The notes under the pieces are model-generated. The model was not told the origin of the DNA and ran no database searches. It saw only the letters and a program-made list of their open reading frames with translations. A stretch of 51,804 bases of DNA from Verrucomicrobia bacterium ADurb.Bin122 (GTDB lineage Bacteria > Verrucomicrobiota > Verrucomicrobiia > Opitutales > Opitutaceae), in the NCBI GenBank assembly GCA_002070825.1, contig MWDT01000001.1:1-51804 (forward strand). Direction: 5' to 3'. Both the position numbers and the translations under genes were made by a program. This document shows positions 32,619 through 39,971 of this stretch, in pieces; the first letter of the stretch is position 1; each line of letters starts with the position of its first letter.

Positions 32619-32644
32619 CAGCCCTCCAAGCAAGGCCTCAGGAC

Positions 32645-32680
32645 CAACAAAAAAGCGCGTCCGAAAATCGGACGCGCTTC
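32645..32680 (-). terminator. Rho-independent terminator of tsf
   Basis: 12-bp stem AAGCGCGTCCGA/TCGGACGCGCTT with a 3-nt loop. The minus strand continues with TTTTTTGTT. Confidence 0.8.
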
Positions 32681-32701
32681 GAAATGAAATCCAAGTCGGG
32701 C

Positions 32702-33295
32702 TTAGGCGCCGAGCTGGAAGCGGACGAAACGGCGGATCTGGATGTTCTCGCCGATCTTCGCGATCTTCTCGGTGAGGACTTCCTTCACGGTCTTCTCCTG
32801 GATCTTCACGAAGGGCTGATCGAGGAGGCAGATGCCGGCATAGTACTTCTCGAGCTTGCCCTCGACGATCTTCTGGACCGCCGCCGGGGGCTTGCCTGCA
32901 GCCTGCGCCGCCGCGATGTCGCGCTCTGCCTGGAGGGCAGACTCAGGCACCTCGGTGCGCGAAACGTACAACGGGCTCGCAGCCGCCACTTGGAGGCAGA
33001 GGTCCTTGACGAAGGTCTTGAACTCGTCATTGCGGGCGACGAAGTCCGTCTCACAGGCGACTTCGATCAACACGCCAACCTTGCCACCGAGGTGGATGTA
33101 GCTTTCCACCAAACCGGCGTTGGTCGCGCGCTCGGACTTTTTGGCAGCGGTGGCCGCGCCCTTCTTGCGAAGGATGGTGATCGCCTCCTCGACGTTGCCG
33201 TTGGCCTCTGCGAGAGCCTTCTTGCAGTCCATCAAGCCAGCGCCGGTCTGCTCGCGCAGATCGCTGACCATCTTTGCAGTGATTGTTACGCTCAT
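32702..33295 (-). CDS. tsf: Elongation factor Ts (short form)
   Basis: [46 protein letters not shown] is the UBA-like N-terminus of EF-Ts. Located downstream of rpsB. Confidence 0.9.
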   Translation of the reverse strand: MSVTITAKMVSDLREQTGAGLMDCKKALAEANGNVEEAITILRKKGAATAAKKSERATNAGLVESYIHLGGKVGVLIEVACETDFVARNDEFKTFVKDLCLQVAAASPLYVSRTEVPESALQAERDIAAAQAAGKPPAAVQKIVEGKLEKYYAGICLLDQPFVKIQEKTVKEVLTEKIAKIGENIQIRRFVRFQLGA

Positions 33296-33322
33296 GATGT
33301 AAAGAGTGTCGGGAAAGACGGC

Positions 33323-34204
33323 TTATTCGGACTTCGCGTCGGCAGCCTTGCGCGGAGCGCGCGTGGCCTTCTTCTTGGTCACGGGAGCCTCATCAGCTTC
33401 CCCGGCAACCTTGGCGTCTTCCGCACCAGCCGGCGCCTCATCTGCAGCCACCGCCGCAGCGACAGCCGCCGTGGCAGCCTTCAAGTCGGCCGCACCGCGG
33501 GCCGCACGACGCGTATCGCGCTGAGCCAGGCCGCTCTGCACCGCCGCAACCACCGTCTCGACGATGATGCGGATGGACTTCACCGCGTCGTCGTTGCCCG
33601 GGATCGGGTAGGTGACGAGGGTCGGATCGGAATTGGTGTCGACGAGGGCGATCGTCGGGATGCCGCAGCGGGAACCTTCCGCGACCGCGATGGCTTCGTG
33701 GCTCACGTCAACGAGGAAGATCGCCGAGGGCAGACCGCCCATTTCGACGATGCCGCTGAAATTGCGCTGCATGCGGGCCATCTCACGCTTGATAGCGGCT
33801 TCCTCTTTGGAGGAGAGCTTGGCCAGCTCACCGCTGGTCTCCTGCTGCTGGTACTTCTTGAACTTGGCGATCGAGCGCTTGACCGTCTCGTAGTTGGTCA
33901 GGGTGCCGCCGAGCCAGCGGTCGACGCAGTAAGGCATGTTGACGGACGTCGCAGCCTCGCGGACGAGCTCCTGGGCCTGGCGCTTGGTGCCGACAAACAG
34001 GACATTGCCGCCATTGGCGACGGTGTCCTCCAAGAAGGCGCAGGCCTTCTCAAGAGCGGCATGGGTCTTGCCCAAGTCGATGATGGTGATGCCCTGACGG
34101 TGATCGAACACGAAGGGCTTGGAACGCGGGTTCCAGCGCTTTTTCTGGTGGCCGAAGTGAACGCCTGCGTCGAGCAGGTCTTTGGGCGTGACGGTGATGC
34201 TCAT
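33323..34204 (-). CDS. rpsB: 30S ribosomal protein S2 with an Ala/Lys-rich C-terminal extension
   Basis: [18 protein letters not shown]...; the conserved S2 core is followed by approx 70 low-complexity residues. Confidence 0.9.
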   Translation of the reverse strand: MSITVTPKDLLDAGVHFGHQKKRWNPRSKPFVFDHRQGITIIDLGKTHAALEKACAFLEDTVANGGNVLFVGTKRQAQELVREAATSVNMPYCVDRWLGGTLTNYETVKRSIAKFKKYQQQETSGELAKLSSKEEAAIKREMARMQRNFSGIVEMGGLPSAIFLVDVSHEAIAVAEGSRCGIPTIALVDTNSDPTLVTYPIPGNDDAVKSIRIIVETVVAAVQSGLAQRDTRRAARGAADLKAATAAVAAAVAADEAPAGAEDAKVAGEADEAPVTKKKATRAPRKAADAKSE

Positions 34205-34418
34205 GGATCTATGTATCTTCGATACACAGGTCGGCCGGTGGGCCGCCTTGCGATCGTCAATTGTGATATGGATTACGGTTGATAGTTTGTCTCTGTCTTG
34301 AGGACAGAGGGCGGAGAACAGAGGCCCGGCTCACTGCTGGCAAGGAAGAATTCTTTTTTCAAAAAGGCCGTTGACAGGTGTAGGCATGAAACCCACGTTC
34401 CCGCCCCTCATCACCTAT

Positions 34419-34495
<77 letters not shown>

Positions 34496-34510
34496 ATTTA
34501 AAACACTCTA

Positions 34511-34555
34511 AGGCCCGCACAGAACGAAAGTTCCGAGCGGGCCTTTCTGTTTTCC
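34511..34555 (+). terminator. Terminator-like hairpin after tRNA-Met
   Basis: AGGCCCGC...GAAC-gaaa-GTTC...GCGGGCCT followed by TTCTGTTTT. Confidence 0.55.
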
Positions 34556-34646
34556 GAATTTCCATGGCACCACATGGAATTGCACGGCACGGGCAAAAAT
34601 TGGACACTTTTTGGACACCTAGCGCTCCACCGCCCCAACCCGCCCC

Positions 34647-34725
34647 AAAAAGGTTCATCGAAAAGATTCTTTGAAAAGATTCATCAGAAAGAACCAAAAA
34701 AAGGTTCATCAGAAAGAATCTTTTT
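34647..34725 (+). repeat. Three approx 24-26-bp direct repeats (core GGTTCATCRRAAAGAWYC) upstream of the first island ORF
   Basis: Cores are GGTTCATCGAAAAGATTC (34652), GATTCATCAGAAAGAACC (34678) and GGTTCATCAGAAAGAATC (34702). A TTGACA follows at 34728. Confidence 0.7.
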
Positions 34726-34793
34726 AGTTGACAATCAATCTGTTGCGATTTTTTAGTCTTGTAAAACCTAGGACGGCCAGCCGGACTGCGCTC

Positions 34794-35099
34794 ATGAGCT
34801 TGCATGTCCCATCCGCGGCTACCTCGCCCATCGCCCCTCTCCTTCTCAGTCGGCGGGAGGTGGTTGCCCGACTTCGCTCACCCAAGCTCGTCCAGCGCAT
34901 GCTATTTGCATCCGCCCACGGAGCATCAACTGGCGATGCCTGGCTCGAGGAAATCCGCGCCGATGGCCGCACCCGCCACAGACTTTATACAAACGAAAGT
35001 GTGGAGCGCGCATATGAGCGGCTAGTCGCTGGTGAATGCCCTCCACTACTCCCTAGCGAGCGCCGCGCGGCGAATCGGCAGCACTCCCGCAATGCATGA
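34794..35099 (+). CDS. Hypothetical small protein, possibly DNA-binding
   Basis: ATG 34794 within ORF 34728..35099. First ORF after the repeat array. No motif that I can name with certainty. Confidence 0.35.
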   Translation: MSLHVPSAATSPIAPLLLSRREVVARLRSPKLVQRMLFASAHGASTGDAWLEEIRADGRTRHRLYTNESVERAYERLVAGECPPLLPSERRAANRQHSRNA

Positions 35100-35111
35100 T
35101 GTCCAGCGCCG

Positions 35112-36068
35112 ATGGATCTAGCCTCCACCAGTCCACAGCCTGCCGCCACGCCTCAAACGCCGAGGACGGCATCTAAGCACTGGGATCGCCGGTGCAGGAT
35201 CGCAATTGATGTCTTTGACCGCAGCTGCCTTGAGCGGAATGATCTGGGCTACTACTCGTCAGTATTCGCAATAACAAACCTACCGCATCGCGATCTTGGA
35301 CCGAAGGGAACGTGCTGGACTCGGAGAAATGGTCACGCGTCCCTCGTGGTGCGCCCAGGACTGATCCCGGGGCCAGACGGCTCACTCATCTCAGCCGGAA
35401 TCCCGTACGGGATGTGGCCACGACTGCTCGTCCTATATCTTGCCACCGAAGCCGTTCGCACCCGATCGCCTCAAATCGAACTGGGCCGCTCACTCGCCGA
35501 TTTTTTTCGTCGGTTAAAACTCATTCCAGATACACGACGTGTCCAAATGCTCCGCCGGCAGGCATTGCGGCTTTTCTCGGCGAGTATCCAGTTTACTTTT
35601 TCAGATTCGGAGATCTTAGGCGGGAGCTCCGCTCAATTGGCCGAGCAATACCTGCTTTGGCGGAGCGAAAACGATATCGGGGATTCGAGGCCACGTAACG
35701 CCAGCCATGTTACCCTCACTACGCACTTTTTCCGGGGGCTATTGGCGCACCCATACCCCGTCGACATTGGCGCCATACATGGGCTACGCCAGTCACCACT
35801 AGCGCTCGACTTATTCCTCTGGCTCCCACTCCGCCTACGGGCACTCAGGCATCCGCTGAATTTAAGGTACGACACATTAGCCGAGCAAATGGGATCGAAT
35901 TACGCGCGGAAAGCTGAGTTCGCGAGGCACTGCCTCCGTGCACTGCAAAAGATCCAGCAGTTTTGGTTTGGGCTTCGGTATCGGAGGATCCACGACGGCA
36001 TTCAATTTTTGCCATGTGAACTTCCGGTTCCGATCAGGACAAACCCAACAAAACAAAAAATCCAATGA
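35112..36068 (+). CDS. Plasmid RepA-like replication initiator
   Basis: 318 aa. The pattern ...GIPYGMWPRLLVLYLATEAVRTRSPQIELGRSLADFFRRL...LRRQALRLFSASIQF... resembles the 'plasmid-encoded RepA' family (G.PYG..PRL.L.YL.TEAVRT.S..I.LG.S). An iteron cluster lies 2.5 kb downstream. Confidence 0.55.
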   Translation: MDLASTSPQPAATPQTPRTASKHWDRRCRIAIDVFDRSCLERNDLGYYSSVFAITNLPHRDLGPKGTCWTRRNGHASLVVRPGLIPGPDGSLISAGIPYGMWPRLLVLYLATEAVRTRSPQIELGRSLADFFRRLKLIPDTRRVQMLRRQALRLFSASIQFTFSDSEILGGSSAQLAEQYLLWRSENDIGDSRPRNASHVTLTTHFFRGLLAHPYPVDIGAIHGLRQSPLALDLFLWLPLRLRALRHPLNLRYDTLAEQMGSNYARKAEFARHCLRALQKIQQFWFGLRYRRIHDGIQFLPCELPVPIRTNPTKQKIQ

Positions 36069-36325
36069 AAACACTGACCAACATGATCGACGAAGTTGCA
36101 CTCGAATCCTTCCCTGGAAGCACGTTCTCGCCAGCGATCAAAACGAACGCTGTCGGCCTGCTCGAAGAGATGTGCCGCAAGACCGCAGTGAAGGCCCTGC
36201 GCAAAGCAATTCTGGGAGGTCGCCCCAAGACTCCCCTCGTCGCAACGGAAGCGCGTCCGAAGGATGCTCCATGCACGACGCCAGACACCGCGCGCATCCC
36301 CGCCGCCAGCAACTCGAAATCATGA
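36065..36325 (+). CDS. Hypothetical small protein
   Basis: 86-aa ORF whose ATG overlaps the RepA-like stop as ATGA. No recognisable motif. Confidence 0.35.
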   Translation: MKTLTNMIDEVALESFPGSTFSPAIKTNAVGLLEEMCRKTAVKALRKAILGGRPKTPLVATEARPKDAPCTTPDTARIPAASNSKS

Positions 36326-36334
36326 GTTCTTTTT

Positions 36335-36515
36335 CCCGGTAGCTCCTTTCCGGGTGGTATACTCACTATACCACCCTTCGCTCCGCGCGAGGGTGGTAAC
36401 GCTCGCGCCGCGAGCTTAGTTCGGCAGGGCAACCCTGCACCCGTTTCGTATCGGCTCCCGATACGACCAAGGGCCTCGAAACGGCCCTTGGAACCCCGCC
36501 CGCTCAAGCGGGCAT
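36335..36515 (+). promoter_or_regulatory. Hairpin-rich region upstream of the relaxase gene; candidate oriT / single-strand origin
   Basis: Consecutive inverted repeats: GGGTGGTATA-ctcac-TATACCACCC (36352-36376), GCGCGAG...CTCGCGC, GCAGGG-caa-CCCTGC, TCGTATCGG-ctc-CCGATACGA, and CCAAGGGCC-tcgaaac-GGCCCTTGG. Confidence 0.5.
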
Positions 36516-36559
36516 TATGCGAGCACAGCTCGCGCTCTCCTCCTGGAGGGAATACACCC

Positions 36560-38440
36560 ATGCCTTTCGCGCTCTATCGCGTCGCCAAACTCAAATCCCA
36601 TGGAGCCATGCGAGGCTCTGTGAGTCACACAGCACGCCATCGTGACACCCCCAACGCAGATCCCTCGAGAGCTGCCCAAAACGAACAGCTCATCGGCTTC
36701 GACCTGCGCATCCCCACCCCGGATGCGTTCATCGCCGAATGGGAAAAGCGAACTCACGGTGTCCAGCGAAAGCCCGACGCAGTTCTTTGCCAGGAACTGT
36801 TCCTCGGAGTTTCTCCTGCGTTTTTCACCGATTGCTCGATTCCCGCTGAACGCGTGCACCGTCTGACAGAGTGGAAATCGCGCACGGTTTCATGGCTGCG
36901 TGACGAATTCGGAGATCGCGTGTTTGCAGCCACGCTTCACGCCGACGAGACGACCCCGCACATCTGCGCTTACGTGATACCGATTCGCGTCGCGAAAGAT
37001 GGCACGCAGTGGCTATCCGCCAAGCATCTGTTTAATCGAATCACACTGCGAAAACAGCAGGACTCTTATGCGGCGGTGCTGTCCGACCTCGGCATCGAGC
37101 GCGGGCTTCGCGGCAGCAAAGCGAAACACCAGTCCGTGCGGCAATTTTATGCCCTAATGGAGGCCCCGAAAAAGCCGCTGCCCTCCCCCTTAAAAATCGC
37201 CGATGCGGTCCAGAATTCTGTACCGGAAAAGGGACTCTTCGAGCGGCACGAAGCATATCGTCAGCGAGTAGCAGAAGCAGTCGGCCGCGAGACTCAGCGA
37301 CTAGTCAAGGTGGCAGAGCGGGCCGAGGTCATCGCAGAGAAAGCCGCACTAGAAAAATCAGCCCGTATCGGCACCGAGGCCACGAATCGCTCGCTGAGCC
37401 TTAAGCTCTCGGAATCGCAGATCCGGGTGAAGGAGCTGACCAATCAAGTACGGGATATCCCCCTTGAAGAGGTAATGCAGCGCTTAGGCTTCGGCGAACC
37501 CAGCGCCGAAGGGACAGAACGCGTCTGGCGCACAGGGGAACACGCCCTGTCGATAAACGGAGCGAAATGGTACGATCACAAAGCCGGCAAAGGCGGAGGC
37601 AAAGCCATCGATCTGGTGATGCATGTCATGGCGTGCGATTTCCGCGACGCAGTCGGTTGGCTGGCCGGCCAGTGGTCTGAATCCGAGGCCGCCGCAGCGG
37701 TCCGCTGCGCTGCAATTGAACAGGTCAGAGCCACGCCCAAGAAAGACTTCCGCGAACTCTGGCGCTATTACGCGCAACCCGATGCCGCCGCGACTCAGAT
37801 CGCGCAGGATTACCTCATCCAGGAGCGCATGATTCCCGCACAGGTGGTCGAGCATGCCATCGCATGCGGAATCATCCACGGGAGCTTCGAACACCGGCGA
37901 AGTGGAGGCCGCCGCACCTGGTGCGTCTTTCCGCACATTTCCGCGAGCGCACAAATTGTCGGCGCAAGTCTGCGGGCCACGGATTCGTTCGAGGGGCCGA
38001 AGCGGGCCATTGGCAGCAAGATCGATGGATTCTTCGCCATTGGGCCCACCGCAATCCTCGCGAATGAGATCGCCCTCGTGGAATCGCCTATCGACGCATT
38101 GAGCTACGCCGCCTTGAACCCCAAAGCCCACGTGGTGAGCATCGCCGGTGCCTCAGTGCCAGAGGCGATTTTACCGCTATTCCAGCGAACCACACAGCCG
38201 ATAACCTTGGCGCTCGATGCCGACCAAGCGGGGAATCAAGGCTGGCTCCGATTTCTTGAACGGATCCGGTCGCTTGGGAGTAGCCTTCTTCAGCGCCTGA
38301 GACGGCTCGTTCCAGAGTATCCAGGATGGCCCTGCAAGGACTGGAATGACGTCATGAAGGCCAAGACACTCACCCCCACGCCAGCGATCAGCCCGACACC
38401 CAACGTCGCAGAGCCGCCTCAGCGAGGGATTCGGCGCTAG
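36560..38440 (+). CDS. MobV-family (Mob_Pre) relaxase fused to a DUF3991-like/Toprim domain
   Basis: ATG 36560 with GGAGGG upstream. The N-terminus MPFALYRVAKLKSHGAMRGSVSHTARHR carries the HxxR motif. LHADETTPHI matches the H.DE..PH motif. The middle is coiled-coil. The C-terminus has WYDHKAGKGGGKAIDLV and a Toprim domain (VESPIDALS, LALDADQAG). Confidence 0.75.
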   Translation: MPFALYRVAKLKSHGAMRGSVSHTARHRDTPNADPSRAAQNEQLIGFDLRIPTPDAFIAEWEKRTHGVQRKPDAVLCQELFLGVSPAFFTDCSIPAERVHRLTEWKSRTVSWLRDEFGDRVFAATLHADETTPHICAYVIPIRVAKDGTQWLSAKHLFNRITLRKQQDSYAAVLSDLGIERGLRGSKAKHQSVRQFYALMEAPKKPLPSPLKIADAVQNSVPEKGLFERHEAYRQRVAEAVGRETQRLVKVAERAEVIAEKAALEKSARIGTEATNRSLSLKLSESQIRVKELTNQVRDIPLEEVMQRLGFGEPSAEGTERVWRTGEHALSINGAKWYDHKAGKGGGKAIDLVMHVMACDFRDAVGWLAGQWSESEAAAAVRCAAIEQVRATPKKDFRELWRYYAQPDAAATQIAQDYLIQERMIPAQVVEHAIACGIIHGSFEHRRSGGRRTWCVFPHISASAQIVGASLRATDSFEGPKRAIGSKIDGFFAIGPTAILANEIALVESPIDALSYAALNPKAHVVSIAGASVPEAILPLFQRTTQPITLALDADQAGNQGWLRFLERIRSLGSSLLQRLRRLVPEYPGWPCKDWNDVMKAKTLTPTPAISPTPNVAEPPQRGIRR

Positions 38441-38625
38441 GGTTGTCCTGCGAATGCACGAAGCACCCGGCGCGCAGCAGGCGCCTGCCCTTCCCCGCTC
38501 GCCAGCCCCTTCTTCTTTTCAGGCAGTCAGCCCCCACCGCAAACAGGGAAGATGAGGTTATTCACACCCCGCCCCTATAGGTCTTTTAATATATGTTTCT
38601 GTGCATATAGGCCCCAGAGCGTAGG

Positions 38626-38721
38626 AGTGTACCATTTTCACGGTGGCGCCAGTGTACCGATTTCACTCAGAATCAGGTCCGACCAGTGTAGCATTTTCAC
38701 GCTTTTGGTGTACTCACTTCA
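38626..38721 (+). repeat. Iteron-like direct repeats (candidate oriV)
   Basis: Copies are AGTGTACCATTTTCAC (38626), AGTGTACCGATTTCAC (38651), AGTGTAGCATTTTCAC (38685) and GGTGTACTCACTTCA (38707). An AT-rich stretch at 38581-38610 precedes them. Confidence 0.65.
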
Positions 38722-39290
38722 TGTGAATAACCTTCGATCAAATCACGCGGCTCACTTCACAAACTAATCACATGATCAACAGAACCATATGATGCAGTAG
38801 AACGGCAAGTCTCCTCGTGTGTTATTAACAAATAGCGGATTCGACTGCCTGACGAAGGCCCTGTATACAGCCCGATGGCACTCTTCGGTTCCTACTCGTT
38901 TCCGTCATAAGGTAGGCGAAAAGGAAGAATCACCTCATCGAATGCTGCCGGCAGAGGCTGCGTGAGACCGCCAGACGGGACGAAGCCTGAGAAGTCAGTA
39001 GATTACGGGATTTTTCCAATCTTCCTCAAGGATCGCACCGCTGGGGCGGGCGCCATGGACTTCGAGGATTTCCCCGCCGAGCTCCGCGATCTCAAAGCGC
39101 GCAGTGGGTAGCGTATCGCCGGGTTCTTTTCCCTCAGCGATCAAGGTGTCGGGGTACTCAAATTCGCGGTCGGTGAAAGGCGCCGGCAGACCGCCCTCGT
39201 AGGTGTAGCGCCGCCCGTAAACGAATCAGTGGATAAGCCATTTATTGGCGTATCTCCTGCAATCTCGCCCACTTGCGTGGTTCTAGAAGT

Positions 39291-39319
39291 TGGCGTCCCC
39301 ACAGGGATTCGAACGCTGC
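39291..39319 (-). pseudogene. tRNA-Glu-like 3' fragment (T-arm, acceptor and CCA only); probable att-site remnant
   Basis: The minus strand reads GCAGCGTTCGAATCCCTGTGGGGACGCCA, compared with the E. coli tRNA-Glu 3' end GGTTCGAATCCCCTAGGGGACGCCA. There are no D or anticodon arms upstream, and the matching 5' acceptor strand is absent. Confidence 0.6.
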
Positions 39320-39533
39320 CTTACAATAGAGACTAAGCTGCTATTAACGCGGACTTAGTTAATGAATATTGTTTTAGAACGGACAAACAAGAGCAGGGTG
39401 GTTGGCATACGATGTGGGGGCACGGGGCTACGCGGGTATTTTCCACTCTACTCACTGATCAATAGCGCTCCGGGCGGCGCGGTGGGCGCTCCCCTTGCCG
39501 ATGGGGAGCGATCTGCCAACATTGACCACTACG

Positions 39534-39956
39534 ATGCAGGTCACCGCCATCCACCCGATCAAATCCGGCGCGCCGCTTTCCCGGCCCCTCATGTTCTCCC
39601 CCGCTGCCGCAGGCTTCCCAAGCCCCGCCGAGGATTATTTGGATCGCGAACTCGACCTTACCGCCCACCTCATCCGCCACCCCGCAGCCACGTTCTTTGT
39701 CCGCGCCTCCGGCCATTCCATGACCGGCGCCGGCATCAACGATGGCGCACTCCTCGTCGTGGACCGCGCCGAAGAGGCCCGCGACGGACGCGTGGTCGTC
39801 GCCGTGGTCGGTGGAGCCCACACAGTCAAACGCTTCCGCCGTGCCGGTGAGCGGTACTGGCTAGAGGCCGCCAATCCGGATTATCCCGACATCCACGACT
39901 TGGACGACGAATCCCGCGTCTGGGGCGTGGTCACGTTTGCCATCAATCCACTCTGA
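39534..39956 (+). CDS. umuD: UmuD-like S24 peptidase (translesion polymerase V accessory subunit)
   Basis: AAGFPSPAEDYLDRELDLTAHLIRHPAATFFVRASGHSMTGAGINDGALLVVD...TVKRF aligns with E. coli UmuD (CGFPSPAADY...ASGDSM...TVKK). It has an Ala-Gly cleavage site and the Ser/Lys dyad. Confidence 0.85.
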   Translation: MQVTAIHPIKSGAPLSRPLMFSPAAAGFPSPAEDYLDRELDLTAHLIRHPAATFFVRASGHSMTGAGINDGALLVVDRAEEARDGRVVVAVVGGAHTVKRFRRAGERYWLEAANPDYPDIHDLDDESRVWGVVTFAINPL

Positions 39957-39971
39957 TCTCCGCAGCGTGCC

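Larger units (their letters stand above)
34496..39290. mobile_element. Integrated plasmid-like / mobilizable element remnant next to tRNA-Met (no integrase seen)
   Basis: It starts directly after the tRNA 3' end and is visibly more AT-rich than the flanks. It carries a RepA-like initiator, a MobV relaxase-Toprim protein, an iteron cluster and an oriT-like hairpin array. Confidence 0.6.

Noticed and set aside
38552-38767. 71-aa plus-strand ORF.
   Set aside because: It is made up of the AT-rich tract and the iteron repeats, so it is more plausibly non-coding origin DNA.
39003-39224. Start-less 74-codon open frame on the minus strand (FVYGRRYTYEGGLPAPFTDREFEYPDTL...EEDWKNPVIY*).
   Set aside because: It has no ATG or GTG start, and an in-frame TGA lies immediately upstream. 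It may be the C-terminal remnant of a disrupted gene between the two mobile segments, but I cannot assign a family, so it is not called.
39291-39365. A complete minus-strand tRNA gene.
   Set aside because: Only the T-arm, acceptor 3' strand and CCA are tRNA-like. The T-stem has a C-C mismatch, the candidate 5' acceptor strand (GTCCGCG) does not pair with TGGGGAC, and the only internal stem has an 11-nt loop. It is therefore called a fragment instead.
39369-39388. TGTTTTAGAACGGACAAACA as a possible LexA/SOS box upstream of umuD.
   Set aside because: Its half-site spacing fits none of the LexA motifs I know (CTGT-N8-ACAG, GAAC-N4-GTTC, TGTTC-N4-GAACA). It is kept only as a remark inside the umuDC finding.
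39362-39850. 162-aa plus-strand ORF overlapping umuD.
   Set aside because: It is in a different frame from the clearly UmuD-like translation and is Arg/Pro-rich.
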